64,000 nt of DNA from Anaerolineales bacterium (GCA_019637675.1 JAHBVE010000002.1:608156-672155), one strand, 5' to 3'. Counted from the first letter of the stretch, positions 50,564 through 62,229 are shown. Numbers and translations are program-made. The notes: generated from the sequence alone by a model not told the origin.

Positions 50564-51775
50564 CTACGCCGCAGCGGCCTTAGCCAGCGCCTCAGCGCGG
50601 TTCGTGTCTTCCCAGGGCAGCTTGACATCATCACGGCCAAAGTGGCCGTAGGCGGCCGTCTGGCGGTAGATCGGGCGGCGTAGATCCAGGTCACGGATGA
50701 TGGCGCCCGGGCGCAGGTCAAAGTGCTCTTCCACCAGCGCGGCGATCTTGTCATCGGCGATCTTGCCGGTGCCAAAGGTCTCCACGTTCACGCTCAGCGG
50801 GCGGGCTACACCGATGGCATATGCCACCTGGATCTCGCAGCGCTCCGCCAGGCCGGCGGCCACCACGTTCTTGGCCGCCCAGCGGGCCGCGTAGGCAGCC
50901 GAGCGGTCCACCTTTGTGGGGTCCTTGCCGCTGAACGCGCCGCCGCCGTGGCGGCCCATGCCGCCGTACGTATCCACAATGATCTTGCGCCCGGTCAGGC
51001 CGGCGTCGCCCATCGGGCCGCCGATCACAAAGCGGCCGGTCGGGTTGACGTAGATCTTCAACTCGCCGTCCACCAGTTCCTTCGGCAGCACGGGGTTGAT
51101 CACCTTCTCAATGATCGCCGTGCGAATTTCCTCAGCGGTCACCTCGGGCGCATGTTGGGTGCTTATCAGCACAGTATCAATGCGCTTCGGCTTGCCCTTG
51201 GAATACTCCACCGTCACCTGGCTCTTGCCGTCCGGGCGCAGCCAGGGCAGCGTGCCGTCTTTGCGCACTTCAGACAGGCGGCGGGTCAGCTTGTGCGCCA
51301 GGTACACCGGCATCGGCAGCAGGGTCGGCGTCTCATTGCAGGCAAAGCCGAACATCATGCCCTGGTCGCCGGCGCCCACCGCTTCGATCTCGGCTTCGGT
51401 CATCTCGCCAGACTTGGCTTCCAGCGCCTTGTCGACGCCCATGGCAATATCGCCAGACTGCTGCGCGATCGCCACTTGCACGCCGCAGCTCTCGCCGTCG
51501 AAGCCATACTCGCTGCTGGTGTAACCAATATCCTTCACGACCGAGCGTACCAACTGGTCATAGTTGATGTTGGCTTTGGTCGTGATCTCGCCCAGCAACA
51601 TCACAAAACCGGTCTTGACTGCCGTCTCACAGGCCACGCGGGAAAGGCTATCCTGCTCCAGGCAGGCATCCAACACCGCATCACTCACCTGGTCACAGAT
51701 CTTGTCGGGGTGTCCCTCTGTCACGGATTCTGACGTGAACAGGAGTTTCTCCGCCTGCATAAAGGTGCTGCTCAT
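50564..51775 (-). CDS. metK: S-adenosylmethionine synthetase
   Basis: [28 protein letters not shown] and [12 protein letters not shown] at 51775 lies 9 nt after GGAGG. Confidence 0.97.
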   Translation of the reverse strand: MSSTFMQAEKLLFTSESVTEGHPDKICDQVSDAVLDACLEQDSLSRVACETAVKTGFVMLLGEITTKANINYDQLVRSVVKDIGYTSSEYGFDGESCGVQVAIAQQSGDIAMGVDKALEAKSGEMTEAEIEAVGAGDQGMMFGFACNETPTLLPMPVYLAHKLTRRLSEVRKDGTLPWLRPDGKSQVTVEYSKGKPKRIDTVLISTQHAPEVTAEEIRTAIIEKVINPVLPKELVDGELKIYVNPTGRFVIGGPMGDAGLTGRKIIVDTYGGMGRHGGGAFSGKDPTKVDRSAAYAARWAAKNVVAAGLAERCEIQVAYAIGVARPLSVNVETFGTGKIADDKIAALVEEHFDLRPGAIIRDLDLRRPIYRQTAAYGHFGRDDVKLPWEDTNRAEALAKAAAA

Positions 51776-51793
51776 AAACGATACGCCTCCATT

Positions 51794-51833
51794 AAACAAA
51801 AATTTGCCCTATAGACAGCAGAGAAGGGCAAAT
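51794..51833 (-). terminator. intrinsic terminator forming the SAM riboswitch expression platform
   Basis: Minus strand: ATTTGCCCT-(14-nt loop)-AGGGCAAAT-TTTTGTTT. It lies immediately upstream of the metK RBS. Confidence 0.8.
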
Positions 51834-51852
51834 CAAACAGTTTTTCGCTCCC

Positions 51853-51952
51853 TCTCATCTTCCAGAAACTTTTCTGTCGGAATTGGCACCTTCCGTAAAC
51901 GGGGGTTGCCGAGGTTTCAACGGGCCGAGTCCCTCAACCTCTCTGGATGAAA
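51853..51952 (-). promoter_or_regulatory. SAM-I (S-box) riboswitch aptamer
   Basis: Minus strand: TCATCCAGAGAGGTTGAGGGACTCGGCCCGTTGAAACCTCGGCAACCCCCGTTTACGGAAGGTGCCAATTCCGACAGAAAAGTTTCTGGAAGATGAGA. It matches the conserved S-box cores AGAGAGG..GAGGGA..GGCCC..GAA.CC..GCAACC...GGTGCCAATTCC...GAAGAT with P1 pairing, and it sits upstream of metK. Confidence 0.92.
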
Positions 51953-52022
51953 TGCGTCCCATGCGGGACGCGGGAGTTTTGCTACGCAAAACTCCGTGGG
52001 CAGTATTCAGTTGTCGGGCGAG

Positions 52023-52051
52023 ACTATACCACCGCCCCAGGGCGATGTCAA
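52023..52051 (-). promoter_or_regulatory. sigma-70-type promoter of the metK leader
   Basis: Minus strand: TTGACA (52051-52046), 17-nt spacer ending in TGG, TATAGT (52028-52023). It begins 20 nt after the acs stop. Confidence 0.7.
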
Positions 52052-52070
52052 TTTGAGGCCACTACGCCGG

Positions 52071-54005
<1,935 letters not shown>

Positions 54006-54020
54006 GCCGGTTCCCTTAGA

Positions 54021-55007
54021 CTAATAATCGATGGGGCTGATCTTCTCCAGCTTTTCCAAGCTGTGCGTGGCGATGATCTGGCGCACCGTGCCGGTGGTGC
54101 CGCGCACCACCAGGCTGTGCGTGCGCGCCCCGTGGGCTGAATACTTGACCCCGTCCAGCAATTCGCCATCCGTGATGCCTGTGGCGGCGAAGAACACATC
54201 CTCGGAGGACACCAGGTCATCCATTGTCAATATCTTGTCGAAGTCGTAGCCCATCTCGCGGCCGCGGCGCAGCTCGTCTTCGTTGCGCGCGTACAGCTTG
54301 CCCTGGATCTCGCCGCCCATCGCCCGCAGGGCGCAGGCCGCCAGCACGCCTTCCGGCGTGCCGCCGATGCCCAGCAGCACATCGATGCCGGCATCCGGCA
54401 TGGCGGTCATCAGCGCCGCGGCCACATCGCCGTCGTCGATCAGGCGGATGCGCGCCCCACAGCGGCGTACTTCCGCCTTCAGCTCCTCGTGCCGCGGCCG
54501 GTCGAGCATGATGACCGCCAGGTCCTGAATGCGCTTGCCGCTGGCTTTGGCGATCGCTTCCAGGTTCTGCTTGATGCTCCACTCCACGTGGATGGCGCCT
54601 TTGGCCGCCGGCCCTACCGCGATCTTGTCCATGTACACGAACGGCCCCGGGTCGAACATGGTGCCACGCGGCGCCACCGCCACGGTGGCAATCGAGTTCA
54701 GGCGGCCCTCGGCCAGCGGCCGCGTGCCGTCGATGGGGTCCACGGCAATATCCACTTCCGGCTCGCCGCCAAAGCCCACCTGCTCGCCGTTGTACAGCAT
54801 TGGCGCTTCATCTTTCTCGCCTTCGCCAATGATCACGACGCCGTTCATCTCGATGGTGTTCAGCACCAGGCGCATGCCGTCCACGGCCGCCTGGTCGCCG
54901 GCGGGCTTGTCGCCGCGCCCCATGAAGCGCGCCGCAGACAGGGCCGCAGCCTCCGTCACGCGCACAAGTTCGAGGGCCAGATTGCGGGAGGGAGCAAGGT
55001 CGTTCAA
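54021..55007 (-). CDS. glpX: class II fructose-1,6-bisphosphatase
   Basis: LELVRVTEAAALSAARFMGRGDK...AVDPIDGT...TGITDGELL is the GlpX family pattern. Confidence 0.93.
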   Translation of the reverse strand: MNDLAPSRNLALELVRVTEAAALSAARFMGRGDKPAGDQAAVDGMRLVLNTIEMNGVVIIGEGEKDEAPMLYNGEQVGFGGEPEVDIAVDPIDGTRPLAEGRLNSIATVAVAPRGTMFDPGPFVYMDKIAVGPAAKGAIHVEWSIKQNLEAIAKASGKRIQDLAVIMLDRPRHEELKAEVRRCGARIRLIDDGDVAAALMTAMPDAGIDVLLGIGGTPEGVLAACALRAMGGEIQGKLYARNEDELRRGREMGYDFDKILTMDDLVSSEDVFFAATGITDGELLDGVKYSAHGARTHSLVVRGTTGTVRQIIATHSLEKLEKISPIDY

Positions 55008-55020
55008 ACGTACAACTCCT

Positions 55021-55845
55021 TTAGAAAAAGAGGGTGATCAGGTAATAGCCGATGGGCAGCGCCCACAGCCACGAATCGATCCGGTCCAGAATGCCGCCAT
55101 GCCCGGGCAGGATCTGGCTGGCATCTTTCATCTTCATCTGGCGCTTGATCATGCTCTCGCCCAGATCCCCCAGCGTGGTCAACGCGCCCACAGCGAAGCC
55201 TAGGACGGCCAGGTTGCCCAGCGCGAACATGGGGTGGGCCGGCATGCCCAGCCGCGCCAGCAGCAGCCCGAACAGCGGTGTGCCCAGCGTGGCGAACACC
55301 AGCCCGGCTATATAGCCTTCCCAGCTCTTCTTGGGGCTCAGCCGCGGGCTCATCTTGTGCCAGCCCAGCGGCGTGCCAATCGCATACGCAGCCGTATCCG
55401 TCAGCCACACCGCCAGCAGGGTCAGCAGCAGCCACCACTCGCCATGCTGCAGGTTGCGCATGTGCGCAAAGTACATGCCCAGCACGCCAATATAGAAGAT
55501 GCCGCTCAGCGTGGCGGCGAAGTCGGTCCCCGCCGGCTCACGCCCGCGCTCGTAGCTCACCAAATGCACCACCAGCGCCAGCATGGCCAGCGCCGCCAGC
55601 AGCAGGTCTGTGCGCGCTTCCACATGCGCCGCCAGGAACAGCCCGGCCACGCCCGCCACCACCAGCCAGCGCGCCGGCTGGGCGCCGCCGTTGGCGAACA
55701 AGCCGGCGTATTCCCAGGCCGCCAGGCCCAGGATCAGCGCAAAGGCGGCCGCGAACAGCCAGCCACCCACCATGAAAATAGCAATCCCAATTGGCAGCCC
55801 GATCAGGGCCACCAGAATACGTTTACCCGCCATTGTTGCCCTCAT
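55021..55845 (-). CDS. cdsA: phosphatidate cytidylyltransferase
   Basis: Multi-TM protein with the C-terminal signature SMIKRQMKMKDASQILPGHGGILDRIDS. Confidence 0.9.
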   Translation of the reverse strand: MRATMAGKRILVALIGLPIGIAIFMVGGWLFAAAFALILGLAAWEYAGLFANGGAQPARWLVVAGVAGLFLAAHVEARTDLLLAALAMLALVVHLVSYERGREPAGTDFAATLSGIFYIGVLGMYFAHMRNLQHGEWWLLLTLLAVWLTDTAAYAIGTPLGWHKMSPRLSPKKSWEGYIAGLVFATLGTPLFGLLLARLGMPAHPMFALGNLAVLGFAVGALTTLGDLGESMIKRQMKMKDASQILPGHGGILDRIDSWLWALPIGYYLITLFF

Positions 55846-56569
55846 TCACCAGGCCGCCAAAGCGGCGCTCACGTTGGCCAAAATCCTGAATGGCCTTCAA
55901 CAGTTCGTCCCGCCCAAAGTCAGGCCAATAGGTCTGCGGGAATATCCACTCGGCATACGCAGCTTGCCAGATCAGGAAATTGCTGGTGCGCTGCTCGCCC
56001 GAGGTGCGGATGACCAGATCCGGGTCAGGGATACCGGCGGTGAACATATAGCCCGAGAGGGTTTCCTCGCTCACATCCTCCGGCTTCAGGCCGTCGCGCA
56101 GCATGCTGCGCACGGCTTGTACCAGCTCATCCCGCCCGCCATAGTTGAACGCCACGTTCAGCACCAGGCGGTCATTGTCCTTGGTCATCTCCATACCCTT
56201 GATGACCTTCTCACGCAGTGAAGGGCGCACGTTTTCCAGGTTGCCGATATGGTTGAGGCGCGCCCCCTGCTTGTGCAGTTCGGCCAGCTCGCGCTCGAAC
56301 ACCTCGTCAAAGATGCTCATCAGGCCGCTGACCTCTTCCTCAGGGCGGCCCCAGTTCTCAGTTGAAAAGGCGTAGATGGTGAGGTACTTGACGCCGAACT
56401 CGACGCAGGCGCGGATGATATTGCGCAGGTTCTCAGTCCCGGCGCGGTGGCCGGCCAGGCGCGGCAGGCCGCGGGCCTTCGCCCAGCGGCCGTTGCCATC
56501 CATGATGATGGCGATATGTTGGGGAACGTGCCCGTTCAGCTCGGCAGCGGGCTCAGCCCTTTTCGCCAA
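55823..56569 (-). CDS. uppS: isoprenyl transferase (undecaprenyl-diphosphate synthase family)
   Basis: HIAIIMDGNGRWAKARGLPRLAGHRAG and IRTSGEQRTSNFLIWQAAYAE. Confidence 0.95.
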   Translation of the reverse strand: MAKRAEPAAELNGHVPQHIAIIMDGNGRWAKARGLPRLAGHRAGTENLRNIIRACVEFGVKYLTIYAFSTENWGRPEEEVSGLMSIFDEVFERELAELHKQGARLNHIGNLENVRPSLREKVIKGMEMTKDNDRLVLNVAFNYGGRDELVQAVRSMLRDGLKPEDVSEETLSGYMFTAGIPDPDLVIRTSGEQRTSNFLIWQAAYAEWIFPQTYWPDFGRDELLKAIQDFGQRERRFGGLVNEGNNGG

Positions 56570-56570
56570 G

Positions 56571-57128
56571 CTAAACCTCCATCACTTCTTTTTCTTTTTG
56601 CTTGCCCAGGCTCTCGATCTCGCCGGTGGTCTCATCCGTCAGCTTCTGCACGTCATCTTCGCCGCGCTTCAGTTCATCTTCCGAGATCAGCTTCTCGTCC
56701 TTGTACTCGCGCATGTCCTTGATGACATCCCGGCGGATGTTGCGCACGGCCACGTTGGCTTCTTCCAGGCGGGCGTTGACCACCTTCACCAGGTCGCGGC
56801 GGCGCTCTTCGGTCAGCGGGGGCAGGTTGAGGCGCACCACTTTGCCGTCGGAGTTGGGGGTCAGGCCCAGCTCAGAGGTTTGCACGGCCTTTTCAATATC
56901 CTTGATGCTGCCGGGGTCGAAGGGCTTGATCAGCAGTTGGCGCGGTTCCGGCACGCTGATGGAGGCGAGCTGGATCAGGGGCGTGGGCTGGCCGTAATAC
57001 TCGACCATGAGCTTTTCGATGAGGGCCGGGGTGGCGCGCCCGGTGCGAATAGCCGAAAGATCTTCCTTGAGCGACGAGATAGCTCCCTGCATGCGCTCTT
57101 TGGTCTCTTTGAGCATGTCTGCGATCAC
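56571..57128 (-). CDS. frr: ribosome recycling factor
   Basis: 185 aa with a GTG start after AGGAGG. Blocks LSAIRTGRATPALIE and PPLTEERRRDLVK. Confidence 0.97.
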   Translation of the reverse strand: MIADMLKETKERMQGAISSLKEDLSAIRTGRATPALIEKLMVEYYGQPTPLIQLASISVPEPRQLLIKPFDPGSIKDIEKAVQTSELGLTPNSDGKVVRLNLPPLTEERRRDLVKVVNARLEEANVAVRNIRRDVIKDMREYKDEKLISEDELKRGEDDVQKLTDETTGEIESLGKQKEKEVMEV

Positions 57129-57194
57129 AACAGCCTCCTGAGGGCCGCCAAATTCCTGGCGGCAAAGACGAATAAGGGCATTTTACCACTGCGC

Positions 57195-57635
57195 CTATTT
57201 GTCCCTTTGTGGCCGCTCCCAGGCGGCCAGCGGGCCAGGCGTTACATAAAACATGGGGTGCGGCTGCGGCCCGGCCAACCCTGCCTGCTGCGCGTATACG
57301 GCCGGGGCACGCTGCTTCAACTTGGCCAGCAAGTGCTCCCACTCGTAGGCCAGCTGGCCTTCACTGACGGCAAGGGTTTCCTCGGTACGCAATGGGGCGA
57401 TCAGTTCCGCATTGAAGCGATAACCGCGGCGGCCAGCTTCCACATGCACCGCATCCAAATACGTGGCGATGGCTACCTGCGGATCCTGGCAGCCCTTGAA
57501 GCGTTCCAGTTGCGGGTGCTGGGTGTAGCCGCGCGTGCGGCCCTGCAACACCCGCTGCGCCAGCAGCGTTTCGCGCCACAGCGCGGTCAGGCCCTTCGCA
57601 TCCAGGTGCTGCGGATGCAGCGACCAGATACGCAT
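57195..57635 (-). CDS. pyrimidine dimer DNA glycosylase / endonuclease V (DenV-like) family protein
   Basis: MRIWSLHPQHLDAKGLTALWRETLLAQRVLQGRTRGYTQHPQLERF matches the bacterial Pyr_excise-like N-terminus as I remember it. The start is 6 nt after the pyrH stop. Confidence 0.7.
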   Translation of the reverse strand: MRIWSLHPQHLDAKGLTALWRETLLAQRVLQGRTRGYTQHPQLERFKGCQDPQVAIATYLDAVHVEAGRRGYRFNAELIAPLRTEETLAVSEGQLAYEWEHLLAKLKQRAPAVYAQQAGLAGPQPHPMFYVTPGPLAAWERPQRDK

Positions 57636-57641
57636 GCCCGG

Positions 57642-58379
<738 letters not shown>

Positions 58380-58384
58380 TCATT

Positions 58385-58417
58385 CTACAAAAACGGCCAA
58401 CACAACGTTGGCCGTTT
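58385..58417 (-). terminator. rho-independent terminator/attenuator between tsf and pyrH
   Basis: Minus strand: AACGGCCAA-CGTTGTG-TTGGCCGTT-TTTGT, followed by the pyrH RBS GAGGTG. Confidence 0.75.
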
Positions 58418-58498
58418 CTTTATCTTGGTTCCCACAACAAGAATCACCTGCGGAGACCGCTTCGGTGCTTCTCATCCACGCACTTGACGGGCGTTGGG

Positions 58499-59098
58499 TC
58501 ACTTGCCGCCCAGCTCCCAGCGGGCAAAGCGGCGGATGACGATGTTCTCGCCGGTGGCCACTACGCCTTCGCTGATCATGTCTTTGATGGTCTTGCTGTC
58601 GTCACGGATGTAGCCCTGGCGCAGCAGCACATTCTCATCCAGGAACTTCTGGACGCGGCCTTCGCTGATCTTGTCCCACGAGGCTTCGGGCTTGCCAGAT
58701 TCCTTGGCGGTGTTGATCGCCACTTCCTTCTCGCGCTCGATGGCAGCCGGGTCCACTTCTTCCTCGGTCAGCCACTGCGGGCTGCTGGCTGCGATCTGCA
58801 GCGCGATCTCGTGCGCCAGGGTGCGGAAAGCCTCCGAGCGGGCCACAAAGTCCGTCTCGCAGTTCACTTCCACCATCACGCCCACGCGGCCGTCGCCGTG
58901 GGAGTACAGCTCCACCACGCCGTTCAGCACTTCGCGGTCGGCCCGCTTGGCGGCCTTGGAGAGGCCCTTCTGGCGCAGCACATCCACCGCCTTGTCGAAG
59001 TCACCCTTGGCTTCTTCGAGGGCAGCGCGGCAATCCAAAATGCCCGCGCCGGTGGCCTGGCGCAGCTCTTTGATCAGTTCAGTCGTAATTTCCGTCAT
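58499..59098 (-). CDS. tsf: translation elongation factor Ts (short form)
   Basis: LIKELRQATGAGILDCRAALEEAKGDFDKAVDVLRQKG is the UBA-like N-terminus. 199 aa. TAATG overlap with rpsB. Confidence 0.95.
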   Translation of the reverse strand: MTEITTELIKELRQATGAGILDCRAALEEAKGDFDKAVDVLRQKGLSKAAKRADREVLNGVVELYSHGDGRVGVMVEVNCETDFVARSEAFRTLAHEIALQIAASSPQWLTEEEVDPAAIEREKEVAINTAKESGKPEASWDKISEGRVQKFLDENVLLRQGYIRDDSKTIKDMISEGVVATGENIVIRRFARWELGGK

Positions 59099-60126
59099 TA
59101 TTCAGCTTCTTCCGTGCCTGAACCCTGCAGGTCAGACTTCTTGAGTTTGGGTTTGCGGCTCTTGGCCGCCGGGGCGCCGGCGGGCTTCTTGGCTACCGCG
59201 GGCTTGGCGGCTTCGCCGCTCTCGGTCTTCTGGGCTTCCTTGGCAGCCTTGGCGGCGGCCTCAGCGGTTTCCTTGGCCTGCTCCTCGGCTACCTTGGCCA
59301 GGGTGGCCTGGCCCAGCAGCGCCTCATCGGTCAGCTCCTGCACCGGGCCGTCTTCGGCGCGGCGGCGCGGGGCGGCTGTCTTGGTCTCCACCTTGGCGGC
59401 CTCGACTTCCTGCTTGTCCTGGCGCAGCGAGCGACCTTCGATGGCCGCGTCGGCAATGTAAGACACCATCAGCTTGATGGCGCGGATGGCGTCATCATTC
59501 GAGGGGATCACATAGTCGATCACGGTGGGGTTGCAGTTGGTGTCCACCAGGCCCAATACCGGGATGCCGAGAATGTTGGCCTCGCGCACCGCGGTCTCTT
59601 CGCGGTTGACATCCACCACGAACAGCAGGTCAGGCAGGCGGTTCATGTTGCGGATGCCGCCAAAGCGCTCTTGCAGCTTCTCAGCCTTGCGGGAATTGGT
59701 CAGTAGCTCGCGCTTGGTCAGCTTGAGCTTGCTGCCGGCATCGCCTTCGGCCGGGGCTTGCTGGGCCATGCGCTCCAGGCCTTCCAGCTCGTTCACGCGC
59801 TGGCGCATGGTGCTCCAGTTGGTCAGCATGCCGCCCAGCCAGCGCACGGTGACGTAGGGCATATCGGCGCGCTGCGCTTCGGCTTCAATGGTCTCAGTGG
59901 CTTGGCGCTTGGTGCCGACGAACAGCACGCTCTTGCCATCCGCGACGGCTTCACGCACCAGCTTGTAAGCTTCCTCTAGCGCTTTTACGGTTTGCTGCAG
60001 GTCAATGATGTGGATGCCGTTACGTTCGGTGAAGATGTACGGCTTCATGCGCGGGTCCCATTTCTGGGTGCGGTGCCCGAAGTGCACGCCCGCTTCGAGA
60101 AGGGCCTTCATATCAATGGGGGCCAT
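59098..60126 (-). CDS. rpsB: 30S ribosomal protein S2 with a ~90-aa Lys/Ala/Glu-rich C-terminal extension
   Basis: [24 protein letters not shown] and VDTNCNP form the S2 core. The tail reads [41 protein letters not shown] is the RBS. Confidence 0.97.
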   Translation of the reverse strand: MAPIDMKALLEAGVHFGHRTQKWDPRMKPYIFTERNGIHIIDLQQTVKALEEAYKLVREAVADGKSVLFVGTKRQATETIEAEAQRADMPYVTVRWLGGMLTNWSTMRQRVNELEGLERMAQQAPAEGDAGSKLKLTKRELLTNSRKAEKLQERFGGIRNMNRLPDLLFVVDVNREETAVREANILGIPVLGLVDTNCNPTVIDYVIPSNDDAIRAIKLMVSYIADAAIEGRSLRQDKQEVEAAKVETKTAAPRRRAEDGPVQELTDEALLGQATLAKVAEEQAKETAEAAAKAAKEAQKTESGEAAKPAVAKKPAGAPAAKSRKPKLKKSDLQGSGTEEAE

Positions 60127-60282
60127 AGATAAAACTCCTTTGCGTTATACGTCCGCTTCCGTCATCCCTGCCGGTGACCCGCTGTGGGGCACGCACCGCC
60201 AAGTCAGGTAAGCGTGTGAGGTTTGCCGCCGTTGCATTGGCAACTGGCAGACAACGCGCCCGCGAAAGCGAGCGCAAGAGCA

Positions 60283-60311
60283 AGTATACCAGCCCAGCCC
60301 GGCGGAGTCCA
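60283..60311 (-). promoter_or_regulatory. candidate promoter of rpsB-tsf
   Basis: Minus strand: TGGACT, 17-nt spacer ending in TGG, TATACT. It would give a leader of about 150 nt containing several hairpins. Confidence 0.45.
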
Positions 60312-60339
60312 GAGCCGCGCCTTAATATAGAATAGCTTA

Positions 60340-61119
60340 GTGAACAAAGCAGAGTTTTCCCATGCCGTGGCGGGCCTGCCCCTGGCCCGCGCCGAGTTCT
60401 ACGAGAGCATTGGCTCCACCAATGACGTGGTGGCTGCCTGGGCCGCCGAGGGCGCTGCTGGCGTGTGCCTCGCCGCCGCCGACGAGCAGACCCAGGGCCG
60501 CGGCCGCCAGGGGCGCAGCTGGCACACCCCGCCCGGCAGCGCCCTGGCCTTCAGCCTGCTGCTGCCGCCGGAGGCCAGCCAGCCCGGGCGCGTATCCGGC
60601 CTGGGAGCGCTGGCAGTGAGCGAAGCGCTGGAAGCGCTTGGCCTGGTGCCCGAGATCAAATGGCCCAATGACGTGCTAGCCAACGGCCGCAAGTTGTGCG
60701 GCGTGCTGCCCGAGGCCCACTGGGCCGGCAGCCAGCTGCAAGCCACGATCCTGGGAATTGGCATCAATGTTGCAGCCAGTTCAGTGCCCGAGGCCGCCAG
60801 CCTCAGCTTCCCGGCCACCAGTGTGGAGGAAGCCGCCGGCCACCCCGTGGAGGCCGCCAGCCTGCTGCGCAGCGTGCTGGAGTGCTTGCTGGCCTGGCTG
60901 CCGCGCATGCACCAGGCCGAATTCCTGCAAGCCTGGGAGCAGCGCCTGGCCTACCGCGGCCAGCCGGTGCAGTTGCACAGCGGGTCTGAGCCCGTGGTGG
61001 GCGTGCTGGCCGGCCTGGCCGCCGACGGCAGCCTGCGCCTGGTGGTGGACGGCGCAGAGCACACCTACCCCGCCGGCCAGGTTCAATTGCGGCCCTTGGT
61101 TGACAGGCCGGGCAATTAA
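60340..61119 (+). CDS. birA: biotin--[acetyl-CoA-carboxylase] ligase (group I, no HTH)
   Basis: The GRGRQGRSW motif is followed by KWPNDV. GTG start. Confidence 0.9.
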   Translation: MNKAEFSHAVAGLPLARAEFYESIGSTNDVVAAWAAEGAAGVCLAAADEQTQGRGRQGRSWHTPPGSALAFSLLLPPEASQPGRVSGLGALAVSEALEALGLVPEIKWPNDVLANGRKLCGVLPEAHWAGSQLQATILGIGINVAASSVPEAASLSFPATSVEEAAGHPVEAASLLRSVLECLLAWLPRMHQAEFLQAWEQRLAYRGQPVQLHSGSEPVVGVLAGLAADGSLRLVVDGAEHTYPAGQVQLRPLVDRPGN

Positions 61120-61143
61120 GCTAGACTGAAGCACAGGAGACCT

Positions 61144-61362
61144 ATGCTCGACGATTTTTTACGAGACGACGATACCGAAAGTTTCTTGAACGAAATTCAG
61201 GAAACGCCCACGCTTGTCCAGGAGGATGACGACGAAACCGGCTTCCTGGGCATGACGCCTCTGCAGCGCTTCGTCATCTCGGTGATGTTTTTCTTCATGG
61301 TGCTCATCATCGGAGCGTTCTTCCTGCTCATCACCGGCTCGATCGCCATTCCGCTGGGCTAG
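61144..61362 (+). CDS. small hypothetical membrane protein (acidic N-terminus plus one or two TM helices)
   Basis: 72 aa with GGAGA 4 nt upstream. A DDDTE/EDDDE-rich head is followed by FVISVMFFFMVLIIGAFFLLITG. Confidence 0.5.
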   Translation: MLDDFLRDDDTESFLNEIQETPTLVQEDDDETGFLGMTPLQRFVISVMFFFMVLIIGAFFLLITGSIAIPLG

Positions 61363-61382
61363 CGCAGCATATATACAAAACT

Positions 61383-61415
61383 AAAAATCCCACCGCACGG
61401 TGGGATTTTTGTTTT
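61383..61415 (+). terminator. rho-independent terminator
   Basis: AAAAATCCCACCG-CA-CGGTGGGATTTTTGTTTT. Confidence 0.85.
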
Positions 61416-61536
61416 GAGTAGATCTGTGCATCCAGCGGTGCGAGGGATCTGACCCCGCGCATTGATAGCTTCAGCGCGATATAGAAGATGTGCCAGCAAG
61501 GGTCCTTCGCTGAAGCGGCGCCAGCGTTCTGGTGTT

Positions 61537-61563
61537 GTCATATCAGCCCGCTCAGGATGACAC
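61537..61563. repeat. isolated copy of the GTCATCCTGAGCG-type stem-loop repeat
   Basis: The reverse complement reads GTGTCATCCTGAGCGGGCTGATATGAC, with GTCAT/ATGAC ends that can pair. It is followed by AGCTGA-rich sequence (61564-61600) similar to 50429-50450. Confidence 0.5.
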
Positions 61564-61601
61564 GAGCTGATAGCTGAAAGCTGACCACTAACAGCTGAAC
61601 G

Positions 61602-62156
61602 CTATAGCTTCGGCAGCACAATGCTCTGCTGCTTCTGGTACTTGCCCTTCTTGTCCGCATACGAAACGCGGCACTCCTCATCCGCCTCGAAGAACAGCAC
61701 CTGGGCAATCCCTTCATTGGCGTAGATCTTGGCGGGCAACGGCGTGGTGTTGGAGATCTCCAGCGTCACAAAACCTTCCCACTCCGGCTCGAACGGCGTG
61801 ACGTTGACGATGATGCCGCAGCGCGCATAGGTGCTCTTGCCTAAACAGATAGTGAGCACGCTACGCGGAATGCGGAAATACTCCACCGTGCGCGCCAGAG
61901 CGAACGAGTTGGGCGGCACGATGCACACCTCGCCCTTGAAATCCACCATCGACTTTTCGTCAAAGTTCTTGGGGTCCACCACGGCCGAGTGCACGTTGGT
62001 GAAGATCTTGAACTCGTCCGCCACGCGGATATCGTAGCCGTACGACGACACGCCATACGAGATCACGCCCTGGCGCACCTGGGCGGGCTCGTACGGCTCG
62101 ATCATCCCGTGCTCACGAGCCATTTTTTCGATCCAGTGGTCAGGCTTTAGTCCCAT
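61602..62156 (-). CDS. dcd: dCTP deaminase
   Basis: [24 protein letters not shown]...SYGYDIRV...[27 protein letters not shown] is the RBS. Confidence 0.95.
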   Translation of the reverse strand: MGLKPDHWIEKMAREHGMIEPYEPAQVRQGVISYGVSSYGYDIRVADEFKIFTNVHSAVVDPKNFDEKSMVDFKGEVCIVPPNSFALARTVEYFRIPRSVLTICLGKSTYARCGIIVNVTPFEPEWEGFVTLEISNTTPLPAKIYANEGIAQVLFFEADEECRVSYADKKGKYQKQQSIVLPKL

Positions 62157-62229
62157 GATATCCCTCCGCCGTTGGCTCGATCATCCCGTGAGCTATCTTC
62201 TCGATCCAGTGGTCAGGTTTCAGTCCCAT
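62140..62229 (-). pseudogene. duplicated dcd 5' fragment forming a 29-codon upstream ORF
   Basis: It encodes [19 protein letters not shown], compared with [21 protein letters not shown] in dcd. It has its own GGAGGAG plus ATG. Its TGA stop (62142-62140) lies 14 nt inside dcd. Confidence 0.6.
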
